From: Camelus dromedarius
Taxonomy: Eukaryota
Length of the DNA stretch: 64,000 nucleotides
NCBI RefSeq assembly: GCF_036321535.1
Contig: NC_087437.1
Location: 46,068,001-46,132,000 of the forward strand
Reading direction: 5' to 3'
The translations under genes were made by a program, and so were the position numbers. Numbering within the stretch: position 1 is the first letter of the stretch; each line of letters opens with the position of its first letter. Positions 23,500 to 35,910 of this stretch are shown piece after piece. The notes beneath the pieces are model-generated. The model saw only the letters and a program-made list of their open reading frames with translations. It searched no databases and was not told where the DNA came from.

Positions 23500-23900
23500 C
23501 ATAATAATGGCAAATAACATTTGCCCAAGGTATAGCAGTTTGGAAAGTACTTTCCTATAAATTACCCATTATGTTCCTCATACCGTCATCAATGTCATTT
23601 TACGATAGAAACTAGAGGCTTAGAGGACAAGAGATTTGCCCAGGATCACTCAGACGTGAGGGAGGAGCCAGGATTTGAGGCCAGGCTTCTGACTATAGGG
23701 CCACAGAGGCCGCCTAACCCATGCAAATTTCCTATGTTTCTTGCGAGTCAGAAGAGCTGGCGGAGACCGTTACTGGAGTAGGCGTGGAGGGACTGTGATC
23801 TGGGTGTCATTTTGCTGCCTGTAATTGTGTGAGACTGAGCAAACCTCTTAACTCATGAAGGCCCCAGGCTCCTCCTTTCTAATTGAAGAGCTTGAACAGA
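23500..23900. mobile_element. Two MIR fragments, opposite orientations
   Basis: gaggcttagag..gatttgcccaggatcactcag..gagccaggatttga; then tgtgtgagactgagcaaacctcttaactc. Confidence 0.6.
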
Positions 23901-25834
23901 CTAGTGTTTGTCAGTGGCATAGCTTCATGCAGGCATTTCTAAGGTTCTACAAATACCTAATTGACTTGGAGGTGGAGGTAGACCTTTGCCCATTCTTAAC
24001 TCTTGTTTTCAAATTTTTGAGTTCATCTAAATAGCATTTTAGTTCGAATGTTATAACTTAAAATGTATTGAAGGAGAAACCAGATCACTATATGGAATCA
24101 ACAAAAAGATGTGGAAACTAGCTGTGCAAACTCAACCCCCTCACCCTCTTTGGACTACAAGAGGATTAAAGTTGAAGAGGTCAAGAATGGATGGAAATTT
24201 GATTTCTTTAGAGAGAGTTGTCAGTATGCTGTTAGTGTCCTTTACCCATGGAGAGGGGAAAGGAGGTGCTTTTCCCTCACCCCATGATCTGTGAGCAGGG
24301 GTTCTGGGGGACCACTTGGAGTACTTGATTTGTGCCCCTGTGGTTTGAAGAGACCCTGTGGGCCTGCATCAGACTCCACCTTGAGAGATCTAGAGCAAGT
24401 GGTGGCTGAAGCCCTTCGCATGGAGTGGAAGACTGTGGGGTAGGAAGTTACTGCACTCCCTTTGAATGAAGACCAAAGGGGCATGCTTCTGTGGACCAGG
24501 TGAAAGCAAAGAAAGAGAAAGAACTAGCTTGCAGTTGCCTTAGGTTCTACCTAAGACAGCCATCTAGGGTAGCAAGGAGACCTCAGCAGAAAAAGCTGGA
24601 GGTAGGACTGATGGAAGACTCACTAGAAACCAATATGAAGACATATACTTACCTTTGTCACAGGAACAGCAGGTGAAAGTCCATAGAAGTGAGAGAATCT
24701 TCCAAGAACCTACGACAACACCCCATGAGAGAAACAGTCAACTTTAAATACTGACTAGGCCCAGTGAGCACCCGTGTCACCCATGACAGTGTCTGTTGAC
24801 ATTGCTTCTTTGCCTCCACTCTTTCTCCTGACTCTTTCTGGAACTGTCAGAAACCCCACTGATTAGCTGGGGCAAAGCAGATGGGAGAAGGAGGTGGGAA
24901 ACTAAAGACTCAGCCAGCCCAAAGCCCCTTCTCTGCCCCTGGGCCCAGCCTAAAGCCATCTTCACTGGGGAATGGAGACATTAACTTTGAAAGGAGCTCA
25001 GAGTTTTGGTTACAATGGTCTCATCAGATTAATAACTGAACTTAAATTGTTGGGAGGAGTACAGTGAGTAAAGGACTTTCTTATTTTCTTCATTAAGTCT
25101 GAGAACAACCAGAAAAGGTTGGCACTGAATTACACCCAAAGGAAAGGGAACACCAGCCCCAAAGAATGGGCATACAGGGGCAGTGAGGAGAAAGGAATAA
25201 AGTTATTTTCTGTTATCCTTCAAGGGTCCTGAACATTGAACACAATGGTAACATCCATACACTAAAATTAATGCAAATAATGTTACTTTTTTTTTTTGCT
25301 CCTGATAAATTGATTTGAAAATGAGTTCTTCAATTTCAAAAGCTTGAAAATTGCAAAAACTCAATGTTGAAAGCCACTTCTGACACTGGCATCAATACTA
25401 GTTAGTACAGAGTGGGGAAAAAGGTAGTGGCACAGTTCTTTTTTTCCCCCCTTCCCAATTGTGTTCACATCCATTTAGCTGTCTAGGCATGAAATCAAAG
25501 GAATTGAAATTGTTTCCTTCTCTATGAAGAGATGACAACTTTGATCCCGGTCCCTCCCATCCCCAGATCCCTCCTCCCCCAACACACAGACAATAATAAA
25601 CCTTCCATCTGAATTAGGGGCTGGTAGAAGAGGAAAAAAGAAAACGAGTGGAGGCGGCAACAAAAATGAGGTTAAGGAACAGAAAAAGAAAGAGGAAGTG
25701 GAGGGAAAGTTGCTGTGGGCACAGAGCAGCCTTCCTGATCAGAAGGGAAAGGGAATTAGCGCCTCCTGAGAAAAAAACAGGCCTGCCTCTTCTCTGACCG
25801 GCTCCCACAGCATCACTTCTCCAGCTCTGCCCCT

Positions 25835-25895
25835 TTCCCCACTTCCTGGGGACAGGGTTGCGGGTGGTTGTGGCGGGAAACACGCCCCCTTGAAT
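25835..25895 (+). promoter_or_regulatory. Upstream motif cluster: ETS, E2F and KLF/Sp sites
   Basis: ACTTCCTG (25841-25848), TGGCGGGAAA (25871-25880) and CACGCCCCC (25881-25889), about 250 bp before the CpG island. Confidence 0.4.
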
Positions 25896-26089
25896 GAGCC
25901 TCCCCACAATTACAAACCCGTCCTGGGCCTTTGTACAGCTGCTTTGGTTCTCACCTCCCTCCACTTTTAGTGTCTTTCCTCTCTCTGACTTCCTCCTTGG
26001 GTCCTTTCCCGAAGGCTAGTTCCCCATCCAGCTGGACAATGTGCCACAGGTTAACTTAGAGCCACAAGGTCCCCTATAGTCGCTATAAT

Positions 26090-26960
26090 GTAGTGCCGCT
26101 TCTTACAGTGTCGGTTATATTTGCGGCCAAGCAATAAAACAGTTTTTTTCTTTTTCTTTACTGCAAAAAAGCGTTACTGTTTCCATTTTGTCCACGGCTT
26201 GGGAGAGGGCTCCAGGGAGGTTAAAAAGCTGCCCGGTGGCTGCAGAGAGAAGCTCAGGCAGAAGCCCTGACACCAGGGGGTTGCAGAGGGGCCCCTCAAG
26301 GGCCGTTGCGCCCGGAGGCTCCAGTCGCGCTCCGGGTGCGCCCTTGGAAGGGCTACTGGCCCCGCCCCGTCTGGGGGCCTGCGGCTGGCCGTTAGTCTGG
26401 TGGTCGCCATTCCCCTCAGGGCCGGCTGCCCCGGAAGCCCGCGCTGGCCGTCTGCGCGCCGGCGGCGGCTTCCACACGTGCGGGGTTTCGTTCCCCTCGG
26501 CCTGGAGTGGCGTCGGCAGGTCCTGGAAGAGGGCGCCTCGCCGGTTTTGCGTTTGCGAGCTGAGCGTTACCCCGGGCGCCCTGGGGCTTCTCCTCAGCCA
26601 GCTCCAGGTGGAAGTGCCCACGTCCGCCAGAGCCGCCTCCTTTCCGTGGAGGTGGAGGCCCAGAGAGAGGTAGGTGTAGGAAGCCCTCAGATGCCTGTTG
26701 GCCCGGCGGGTACCTCAGCCGCCTCCTCGTGGAACAGTTCTGACTAACTTGGGAGCTCGTGGTTGGTGAACAATAAGGAGCTGGGCTCAAAAACCAAAAC
26801 CAAAACCAAAAACAGTGTTGGCCGTTCCCGGAGGCAGAGGACGGCTGAGTGGTTGGTTCCCAAGTTTGCGACTGGAGAAGAGGTTGGAGGCGGAAAGAAG
26901 GGGCTTTCTGCGCAATCCAAACACTGTTGAAGCCAGAGACGGATGGGTGGATCGACGGGT
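26090..26960 (+). promoter_or_regulatory. CpG island promoter with probable first exon of an unidentified + strand gene
   Basis: The densest non-repeat CpG/GC block in the window. GC box GGCCCCGCCCC (~26358-26368). Strong donor GAG|GTAGGT at 26669/26670. Confidence 0.8.
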
Positions 26961-27419
26961 GCTTGGCCTAGAACGATTTTTATATTAAAGCAAACTTGGA
27001 TGTATTGTGGCGTAGAATGTAACATTTGTATGAATGTTAAATCCAACCGGAGACTTGACATAAATATAAAGCTTGCAACTGCTTCAAGCTTGGTTCAGCC
27101 AGATCCTCAGGGTTATTTCACTCGACTGTGTTATTAGAGGTGTTTCCTGGAAGTGCTTGAGGAGCGTGCTTGGCCCAGTTTGTCTCTCTTCTCAGGAGCA
27201 TCTGTTTTGGCAGTAGCAAAAAGTATTCAAGAACCACAGAAATGGCACTTCACTGGTAGAAATGAAGGTGGTTTGATGGGAGGTGGAAGAGATTGGTCAA
27301 TGTGTGAAGCAACTTTAATTTCATATATTCTGCCAACTGATGGGTCCAGCTGTTTATACATCTCTTGTGAGATAGGTAATGAAAATAGGTAGGATTTAAT
27401 GAGAGTTTATTAGACCTAC

Positions 27420-27690
27420 TTTCCCCAAATTATGTTCCATGGGTTACTAGCCTTGTAAAATGCCTCAAAAAAATTGAGTTCCATGGTCAGATAAGTTATC
27501 GAGACACCCTCTTGGAAATTCACCAAGTACAAAGATGTTAAAGGCTATGAGAAATCATGTAGCAAAACAAACACATTAGTTTGACCCAGTGTTGCCCAAA
27601 TATAGTGCATCTTTTTTTTTGTTTTTACTGTAACTTTTTCATAACTCCATTACAATAACTCAGAATCAGTATTTGGGGGAACATGCCTAG
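27420..27690. mobile_element. hAT-Charlie-type DNA transposon relic
   Basis: ttccccaaattatgttccatgg...ttccatggtcagataagtt...ttaaaggctatgagaaatc...cccagtgttgcccaaa...tttgggggaaca. Confidence 0.55.
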
Positions 27691-28614
27691 GGAAAAACTA
27701 CTAGATTACTTTTTTTTTTTTTTAAATAGACCAGAAGTTACTAATCTTTTCCTCACCCAGGGTTCCTTTTTTGATTTTCCCCTTTATCTCATGTTTTGAA
27801 CATTTTTTTCCTAGTAAATAAAACCATACTTATCTCACTCAAGAGAAGTTAGGTAAGCATAGGAATGTATGAGCAATATTCACTGCTGCAGATTCCTTAA
27901 TTTTGGCTCTCAATCAGTACTTGTCCCTAGGTCTGTTCCGCTGTGGATATTCAGTTTGGATATTACAACTTGGTGACAGTCTGAGCTCTCAGTTTCATCC
28001 AAGGAATGCCTATGGTATCATCAACAACCAATCAGAACTTTTGAACAAGATGAGCTAGACAGTTGCCGGAATGAACTGATATAACTCTAGCCCAAAATGA
28101 AATAAGATGGTATAGTTAGCTTGTGTAAATAAGTATATGATGCATATACAATTGTCTTTAGAAGTTTAAAAAGATTTAAAATAGCCCCAGGATGTTTTGC
28201 TAACTTCACGATCTTTGAGCATCCAGGTATTACAGCTTTAGATGTACAATAAGGCATTTTACAAATGTTATTATTGCACTTCTATGACAGGTTGCTTTTG
28301 TATTCAAAATTCTATTATTTGAAAAATGACTTGATATTAAGTAAATCTCAAGATTGCAAAAAATGATAATATATTACTAAAAGTATGAAAAAGTAAGAAA
28401 ATTGTGAAGCATGACAGACCCTTTGGTCTTTAAGCAGAAATTTTTATTCCTAGTTAATTGAGTATAAAGACTTTAGAAGAACCACATTTACACATTGTGT
28501 TTTACAGATGATAAAGCACTTCTACATTAATCATCTCACTTAATTCTCTCAGCAATCAGGTGATGTTTTTATCTGTTCACAATGTGGCATTGAAGAGTGC
28601 CACATTATATGAGT

Positions 28615-29180
28615 TTTGGAACCTTTTGATTGCAGATGTTAGAAACGCAACATAAACTACCTTATGCAAGAAAAACAATTTATTCGAAGGTTACCGGTGG
28701 TTTTTTTCTCTCCCCATAGAGGAAATTCTAGGAAACATTGAATAATCAAACACAAGAGGAGCAGAGATGCAGCTGTGTTATGAACACTTTGAGCCAAGGA
28801 CTAGAAGGCTGTCAGGATTTTTCTCAATCTCATGTGCCTCTCTGGTTGTTGCTTTTACTCTCTCTCATTTCAGACTGCCTTTCTCTAGTTGGTGGAAGAC
28901 TTGCTTGCCAGAAGCACCTGAGTTTTACATCTAAGTGTGGGGCCACTGGAGAGAGAGGAGTTCAATTTGTACTTCATTCCAAAGCCACAAGCCACTAGGA
29001 GGACTGTGGCTTGGCTTAAGTCCAATGGTAAGCTGTGGAGAAGTGAACAACAGTAGCCAGGAAGCTGGGCCTAATGTATACATACAGTGCCTGCTGTGGC
29101 AAAAATGTAGGTGAGGAGGAGTTGTGAGAGTAGGGGTGGGGAGGGAATCAATTCTTAGAAAAGATGTGCTAGGCAGATAG
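28615..29180 (-). mobile_element. Old MaLR LTR (MLT1K/L-like)
   Basis: ccttttgattgcagatgttagaaacgcaac..aaactacctta..caag at the start; gatgtgctaggcaga at the end. Confidence 0.5.
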
Positions 29181-30098
29181 TTATGTAGGTGTGTACACCA
29201 TATCATGCACTGGTGGCCTGTCAGCAAAACCCCTAAGCACAAATTAGCTGAATTTATGCTCAGTTATATTAGGAGAATGATCATATAATAATAGAAACTG
29301 CATAGGTCATTGCCTTCAAGGAGGCCAAATCGTCCCCATCTCATACCAAGAAATTTCTTAAAAGAAATTAAGCCACGTTCTATTCAGACCTGGGGTAAAC
29401 ATTGCAGAGGTTTGTTCTTGGCTCCTATTTTAAGGGTAAAACTGGTTAGGAAAGAACTATGTGAAAATAACTCATGACCTGAGAAAGAGAGGGCATCTCT
29501 GTGCCCGAACTATTTCCTTATATGACTATTGACAGTGAGATAAGAATGAGGGTTTTGGCCGAACTTTAAACTCCAACTACCTAATCTGTTACCTTCCCAG
29601 GAAAGTCTGTCTTCAGGTACCTCAACTCCTCTTCTACGAGGGAGGGGAGCAAAAAAAAGGTATGGGAAGTAAAGCAGTAACTCTAGGAATTAAAAAGAGG
29701 AATTGTTTGGATAAGAACTGTTTGGTTCTCAGGTAGGTGTTGGGTATATAAAACTACAAAGAGTATGCAATGGTAGAACCAGAAACCTGTTCTTTAGGAA
29801 CTTAGCAACTTGTTTGAATTTTCTGTAATCATTTCCTTTTACTTCTCTTAGTATTTTTCTTGGAAAAAGCAAGTGCAAATTTCAGCTGTGCTAAGGGGAA
29901 TGTCTACTCTACCCACACTGCCTCCTCCAACCTCTCTGCCTTTCTGTGCCCAACTTTTTTTATTTTATGGGAGGAGCCTAATATCCTTGGAGCTGGTGTT
30001 GGTAATGGATCTAGAATACAAGTGGGAAAATTCCAAGGATCAAGAGAGAAACTCTCCGTTTTGTGGTTGGTAGTGGGCGGAGGCTGTATTGAAAAGTA

Positions 30099-30481
30099 TG
30101 TTGGTTAATTTTAGGCGTCAACTTGGCTGGGCCATGGTGCTCAGATAGTTGGTCAAACATTATTATGGGTGCTTTGTGAAGGGTTTTTGTTTGTTTTTTT
30201 GGATGAGATTAACATTTAAATTGGTGGACTTTGAGTAAAGCAGATTGTCCTCCATAATATGGGTGGGCCTCATCCAATCAGTTGAAAGCCTGAGTAGAAC
30301 AAAGACTGACCTCCTTGAGCATGAAGAAATTCTATCAGCAGACAGCCTTTGTACTCTTTCCTGGGTCTTTGGCCTGCTCTGTAGATTTTGGATTTACCAA
30401 GCCTCTGCAGTTGCTTAAATACACCCACACACATACATATATGCATCCTGTTGGATCTGTTTCTGTGGATAGCCCTAATAT
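30099..30481 (+). mobile_element. MLT2 (ERV-L) LTR
   Basis: ggttaattttaggcgtcaacttggctgggccatggtgc...gggtgggcctcatccaatcagttgaa...tctgtttctgtggatagccctaata. Confidence 0.85.
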
Positions 30482-30550
30482 AGAAGTTATTCCCACAGCC
30501 AACCTTTACACAGAGATTGCCCAGTCAGAGCTCTTAAATCATGAAGGCTA

Positions 30551-30937
30551 ATTTGCAACAATGTGGTTGGACCTAGAGAGTATTATGCTTAGTGAAATAA
30601 ATCAGACAAAGACAAATACTCTGTTATCATTCATATGATAAAAAATTAAACAAATGAATGTATATCACAGAACAAAAACAGACTCACAGATATAGAGAAT
30701 AAACTAGTGGTTACCAGTGGGAAGAAGGAGGAGGGGAGGGGTAAGATAGGGACATGGGATTTAGACACACAGACTGTTATGTATAATATAAATAAACAAC
30801 AAGGAGATATTGTACAGCATAGGGAAATATAGGCAGTATTTTGTAATAACTTTAAATGGAGTGTAATATATAAAAATATTGAATCACTATATTGTACACC
30901 TAAAACTAATATAATATTGTAAACAAACTTCAATAAA
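30551..30937 (+). mobile_element. 5'-truncated L1 3' end with 15-bp TSD
   Basis: ORF2 tail (ggacctagagagtattatgcttagtgaaataaatcagac), 3'UTR and AATAAA. TSD AAATCATGAAGGCTA at 30536-30550 and 30938-30952; TT/AAAT target. Confidence 0.9.
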
Positions 30938-31099
30938 AAATCATGAAGGCTATTGCTATACATAGCCCTATTCTTGAAAAATGTAATAAGGGAAAAGAAA
31001 TAAATTTCCCAAATATCAGTGACTGTTTATCATTTATTGAGGGTCTCATTCTGCTAGGTCTTAAAACCCCAGCATGACAGAATTCAGCTGTATAGGGAT

Positions 31100-31500
31100 G
31101 AGAGTGAAACGGGTTCTAGATTAACAGAACAAATTGTATGGGCAGCATGTAGGGTTTGAGGAGAGAGTGGATGAGTTTGGTAGGTGCCCAGGAAATATGA
31201 AGGGAATTCTAGAAATATTATATTGGAAAAGGTTTGTATGGCCTTGATTGCCAGGCTAAAGAGGCCTTTTCTGTGTAGGCAAATAGAAGCCAATGAGGAT
31301 TTTTGAACTAGGGAATGAATTATTTGGAGGGGAGGAAACTGGCAGGGCAACATTTTGTGGCTTGGAAGGAAAAGATTGGGAGTAAGAAATCCATTTGGAA
31401 AGTTACTGTAATTATCTCCACATTAATTCCTTTATTCTTTTATTCACGGGACACTTATGGAGCCCCTGTTAGTGCCAGGCATTGCACGGCATAAAGAAAT
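31100..31500. mobile_element. L2 fragments
   Basis: ggccttgattgccaggctaaagag...gaagccaatgaggatttttgaactagggaatga; ttattcacgggacacttatggagcccct..gtgccaggcattg. Confidence 0.55.
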
Positions 31501-31765
31501 AAAATGGCGACTGTGGAGGGAGGTGCATGTGATGGAAGAAATATAAGCTATGTTTGTGAAAGCATTTGCCAGCCTTCAGTACTTAAGCCTGAGGCCTGGC
31601 CCACAGCAGATTTTGACACACAACTGAGAGTTCAGAGTTTTTTTAGGGTACTTTACAGAGTAGTACAAAGTACTTTTGTACCTTTTTTATTCATCGCCTC
31701 AGAATAAGGGAAGACAAAGGCCCAAATTGAAGTGGGAAAATAATCCCAGTAATAATGGACCTAAA

Positions 31766-31836
31766 ATATGTATATATATATATGTGTGTATATACATACA
31801 CATATATATACATATACATACATATATATATATATA
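31766..31836. repeat. Compound (TA)n/(TACA)n microsatellite
   Basis: Directly visible. Confidence 0.9.
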
Positions 31837-32029
31837 CTCATAAACTTGGTGCTCCTGGCTCAGATGATAGACTCCGTGAACATAAGAGATTGAACTTGGA
31901 TCTGCAGCCAGAACACGGTATTTTTTTTTTTTTTTATCTTTCATCTACACAAAGCGTGTGTTGATTCCTGTCTCACAAAGCCCAGCCTAAGGAGCACTGC
32001 CTGTTTTATTAAGGAATCGTCCCTCTCGG

Positions 32030-32200
32030 ACAGCTGTGCGCCCTGTAAACGGCCTACTCCGATGGAGCCTGCGCGCCAGAGGAGTGCGCATGCTCTGAGA
32101 GCCGGCCCCGCCGCACCTGTGCGCCCAGGGATAAAAGCAGCGTTACCACCTGCAGTGCCAGGCGTCAGTGAAGGGCTGGAAGGGGTTTTCATTTCGGTCA
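32030..32200 (+). promoter_or_regulatory. Second small CpG-rich promoter-like element
   Basis: NRF1-like TGCGCATGCTC (32085-32095), GC box GGCCCCGCC (32104-32112), E-box CACCTG, TATA-like GATAAAAG (32130-32137) and Inr-like TCAGT (32165-32169), in promoter order. Confidence 0.55.
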
Positions 32201-32639
32201 CTCATTCACCCGGAAAGACTCAGCACTATCTTGTGAACCTGGTTTCTGAGAAGTCAGGCAACCTGATTGCACTTTACAACTTGGTCAATGTTACATTTTG
32301 AGGGCTCATAAAAATTAATCTAGACACATGCTGCAAAGCTGACACCATGAAATGAAAGAATGAGCAAAGGCCTTCTTTCTGTTCGTGTCTAGGATGGGTC
32401 ACACTGCGTGTGGGGCCGCAAAGTGCCTCCGAGGAGAGAGACCCTTCAGCTCCTTTTCCTGTTACGGCTGGCGAGCTCAGCTCCCCTGAGAAGGGCCCTC
32501 ATTCTGCCACCACAGACAAATAACTGAATAGATGTCATGGAAATGACAAAAGCTGCCTTCTGAGAGGTTTCTAGACTGTCCCCCAGATTGGTTCTCCTTC
32601 CAGTCCCTCATCTCAATTAAATAATTATTTTGAAAGAAT

Positions 32640-32830
32640 TAGTAGCTATCATTTACTGAGGACCTAATATGTGCCAGTTCATTTACAGGTGTTGTCTGAC
32701 TCCTACCATCACGTATCCTGTCTGGTAGTGTTATCCCCTAAGAATCAGAAAGGAGAACTTGTTTAGGTCACACAGCTAGAAATTTAGGGAGTCTGTATAC
32801 AAACCTAGATCTCCCTCCTGCAACTGCCCA
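32640..32830 (-). mobile_element. MIR fragment
   Basis: atttactgaggacctaatatgtgccag...aggtcacacagctagaaa. Confidence 0.6.
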
Positions 32831-33589
32831 CACTTTTATGAATTCTACCTTATTTAAGGCAATATCTGGGTCATTTAAATTTATTTTCTGTGGATGTAAA
32901 CTGCAGGTACCGTAGGCATTTATGTTCAGTGGAAGAAGGTGAGAGGTCTAATTTTCTTCCTTCTAAAGATTCTCTAGCTCTCTCCACTGAGAGAGGGTGC
33001 AGAGAAAAGTACATGAGAGAATTTTGAATCATCCTTTTAAAACACGGTGTCAGATTTTTAATAGCAAGACAAAGCTATGGAGCAACTTAATATTTTTAGA
33101 ATTGAAATCTTATATAAAAAAAATGAAGAATACTTGGGTATATTCCCATTACTGGTAAGATATTTGTATATTAGCTTTTAGTATTTTTTTTAAAAGAAAA
33201 ACTATTTTACTCTTTGAAAAATAATTTAAACAATTTAGGAAAGTGAAAATGAAAAGTGAGAGTGAATCACCAAGAATGCCACCACCCAGAAACTGCCACA
33301 GTTAAATTAACGCTGGCTGGACCTGGATTTTTCTATGCATACAGTCAAACAGACATACTTTATAAAAATGGCATCATGATATAAGTGCAATTTCTCAATA
33401 AAAATTTGAATTTAACAGAAGAAAAATCAAATGAAACGCAAGTGGAGGATTTGTTAAACTTCAGGTAAATGTTTCTTCTCTATTAGGGATATTTCCTAAA
33501 TATCCCTCTAAGGTTACAAAAGGGGTTATGAAGAGCGTGTAAAGGTATTTTCTGCCCAGCATTAGATGGTATAAAATGAAAACATGAAC

Positions 33590-35000
33590 ATTATCACTCT
33601 TTCATCTCCTCTTTACTCATCTCTCAGGTACTATTATATTATTACTTTCAAAATACCCAGATTAATAATGTTTCCATTCTGAATTATAATTTCATTATTT
33701 TTGTGTAATTTCTTTATTTAAATGGAAGTGTTGATCCCCACTAGTCTTTGTACTATAGTTTCTTTGATCTTTAATTCATCTCTTTTTTGTTTGAATTTCA
33801 TTGTCAGATAATTTTTTTCAAAAAGGACACATTGGCATCATATTCCCTGGTTCTTTCATGTTTGAAAATGGCTGTTTTCATATGACTGACTGAATGATCC
33901 TGGTCAGTTTCTTTTCATTAGAATTTTGTGGCTATTTCTCTAGTCTTCTGCTATCATATGTTATTGGAAGACATATGAGATGAGGCCAGTCTGATTTTTT
34001 TCCATCTTTGTTAGTATATGAGAGTTCTCCAGAGAAATAGAACTAATAGGATATATATATACACACACATATATACATATATCCTATATATGAGATATTT
34101 ATAGAGATTTATTATAAGGAATTGTCTCATTTGATTATGGAGTCTTGAGAAGTGCCAAACAGGAGACTCAGTTGAGCTGATGTGTAGTTCCGGTCTGAGT
34201 CCAAAGCCTGAGAAGTAGAAGAGCTGATGGTGTGTGAGTTCAAGTCTGAAAGCCAGCAGGCTCAAGACCCAAGAAGAGTGGTTCAGTCCCAGTCCAATGC
34301 TGGACAAGATGAATGTTATAGCTCAGGTGGTCAAGCAGGAGGAGTTCCCTCTTACTCAGCCTTTTTGTTCTATTCAGGGCTTCAACTGATTGGATAAGAT
34401 GCACCCACATTGAGAAGAGCAATCTGCTTTACTCAGTCTCCTGATTCACATGTTAATCCTATCCAGAAACTCCCTCACAGACGCACCCAGAATAATGTTT
34501 AGCTACGTGTCTGGGCACCCGTGGTGCAGTCAAAGTGACACATAAAATTAACCATCACAGTAGTTATGTGCTTCTCTGGACATCTAAAGAATTCTTCCTC
34601 TATTCTTAATGTTCTGTAGCTAACCCAGGTAGTGTCTATATCGAGCCTTCTGTATTAGATTTTCTTGAAACTGATTTGCATGTCCAGTTTTTTCCTTCAC
34701 TTAGGGTGAGAGTATGGGGGATTTTTTGCTACTATACCTTTCACCACGGCTTCTGCTTCATTTGTAGTTTCTCTAGCACAGAGACACCAATTATTACTAT
34801 TTGGGATTTTAGTCTTTTATTTTCTCTATGTTAGTATTATTCCAGTTGAATTTGTATTTTGTCTTAAAATTTCATATTCAGTGGAGTCTATTCTTCCTTG
34901 TCACCTCTAGTTTATCAGTTAGTTCTGTGATGAGATTGCTTCAGTTGAATCTTCATTTTACTATTGTTATCTTATCTTTGAGCTCATGCTTTATTGAATT
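33590..35000 (-). mobile_element. Ancient L1 (L1M-type) remnant interrupted by an MLT2 LTR
   Basis: T-rich degenerate L1 antisense text on both sides of the LTR (tatattccctggttctttcatgtttgaaaatg; gaggccagtctgattttttt). Confidence 0.5.
34010..34559 (-). mobile_element. MLT2 (ERV-L) LTR, near complete
   Basis: gagttctccagagaaatagaactaatagga(ta)n...gagatttattataaggaattg...caatctgctttactcagtct...gacacataaaattaaccatcaca. Confidence 0.9.
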
Positions 35001-35659
35001 CATATTCTCATATTCTCTTCATGCTATGGCACAAAGCAGGTGTTAATGATTTCTTTCTAGGTCTTTTCTGTCCTTTCTTCTTCCCTCCCTTCCTTCTTTC
35101 CCTGTGTTATGTTTTCAGAGTTCCCATTACATTTATTTTCAGTCTGCTCTTGCCTGATCAGTTCTGTCTGGGCTTGCCTCTCTTATGGTATGGAAGACTT
35201 CTTAATTCACTTCCCAATGAATCCAGCATAACTTCCCCTCTGAGCAAGAGTTCCAAGCTGAGTACTTTCTATTTATTTTATGAAGCTAATGATGACTTGT
35301 GGTGGTCTGATCTTAGGGTTAATAGCTGAGTTAAACCAGCTCTCTCTTGTTTCTCTCAGAATCTTCTCTTTCCCTAGCTATTAATTTTTGATATATGGCA
35401 TCAGGTTACACCCGTTTCTTTGCTTGGTTGCCTTTGGTGAATCTATGCCTAACAATGTTCTTAAATCTGTATTTTGCTCAAATTTAATATCTTGGGGGGG
35501 AGGGAATTTTTGTTTTGTTTCTTTTCATATCTATTTGGAAGTCTTAATCCAGAAGGTGGAATAATATGTGAGGAAACTAAATGAAGAAATTGACTTGCAT
35601 TTAAGTCAGGGCAACTTTTTTAAATTAAATTCAGGGAGTACCATATCCTTATGACACAG

Positions 35660-35910
35660 GCGACTGTGTTGTACAGGGGAAAGAGAACCGAACTGAGTGT
35701 CAGGTAGCCTGAAATTCTAGCCCTCGGCTCTAGCATATGCAGCTGAAGTTGGGGAAAGCCCTTGATTTCTTTGACCCTCAGCTATAAAGTGGGATGATAG
35801 TACCCCTGTGACTACCTCATAGAACTGTTGTGAGGCTCAAAAGAGACAAATAAAAGGGCTTTGTAACTAGCAAATTAACACTTAGTATAAGACTGTCATT
35901 ATTTTATCAT
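35660..35910 (+). mobile_element. MIR SINE
   Basis: cctgaaattctagccctcggctct...gggatgatagtacc...acctcatagaactgttgtgaggctcaaa. Confidence 0.7.

Noticed and set aside
24100..25250. Possible very old LTR-like segment
   Set aside because: No termini, TSD or family motif that I could support.
26115..26790. Several overlapping 115-168-aa ORFs on both strands of the CpG island
   Set aside because: Stop-poor GC-rich DNA gives Pro/Arg/Gly/Ala-rich ORFs in all frames; none resembles a protein I know.
33485..33507. Perfect hairpin AGGGATATTT-CCT-AAATATCCCT
   Set aside because: A 10-bp stem is expected about once by chance in 64 kb of AT-rich DNA, and it is too short for a pre-miRNA.
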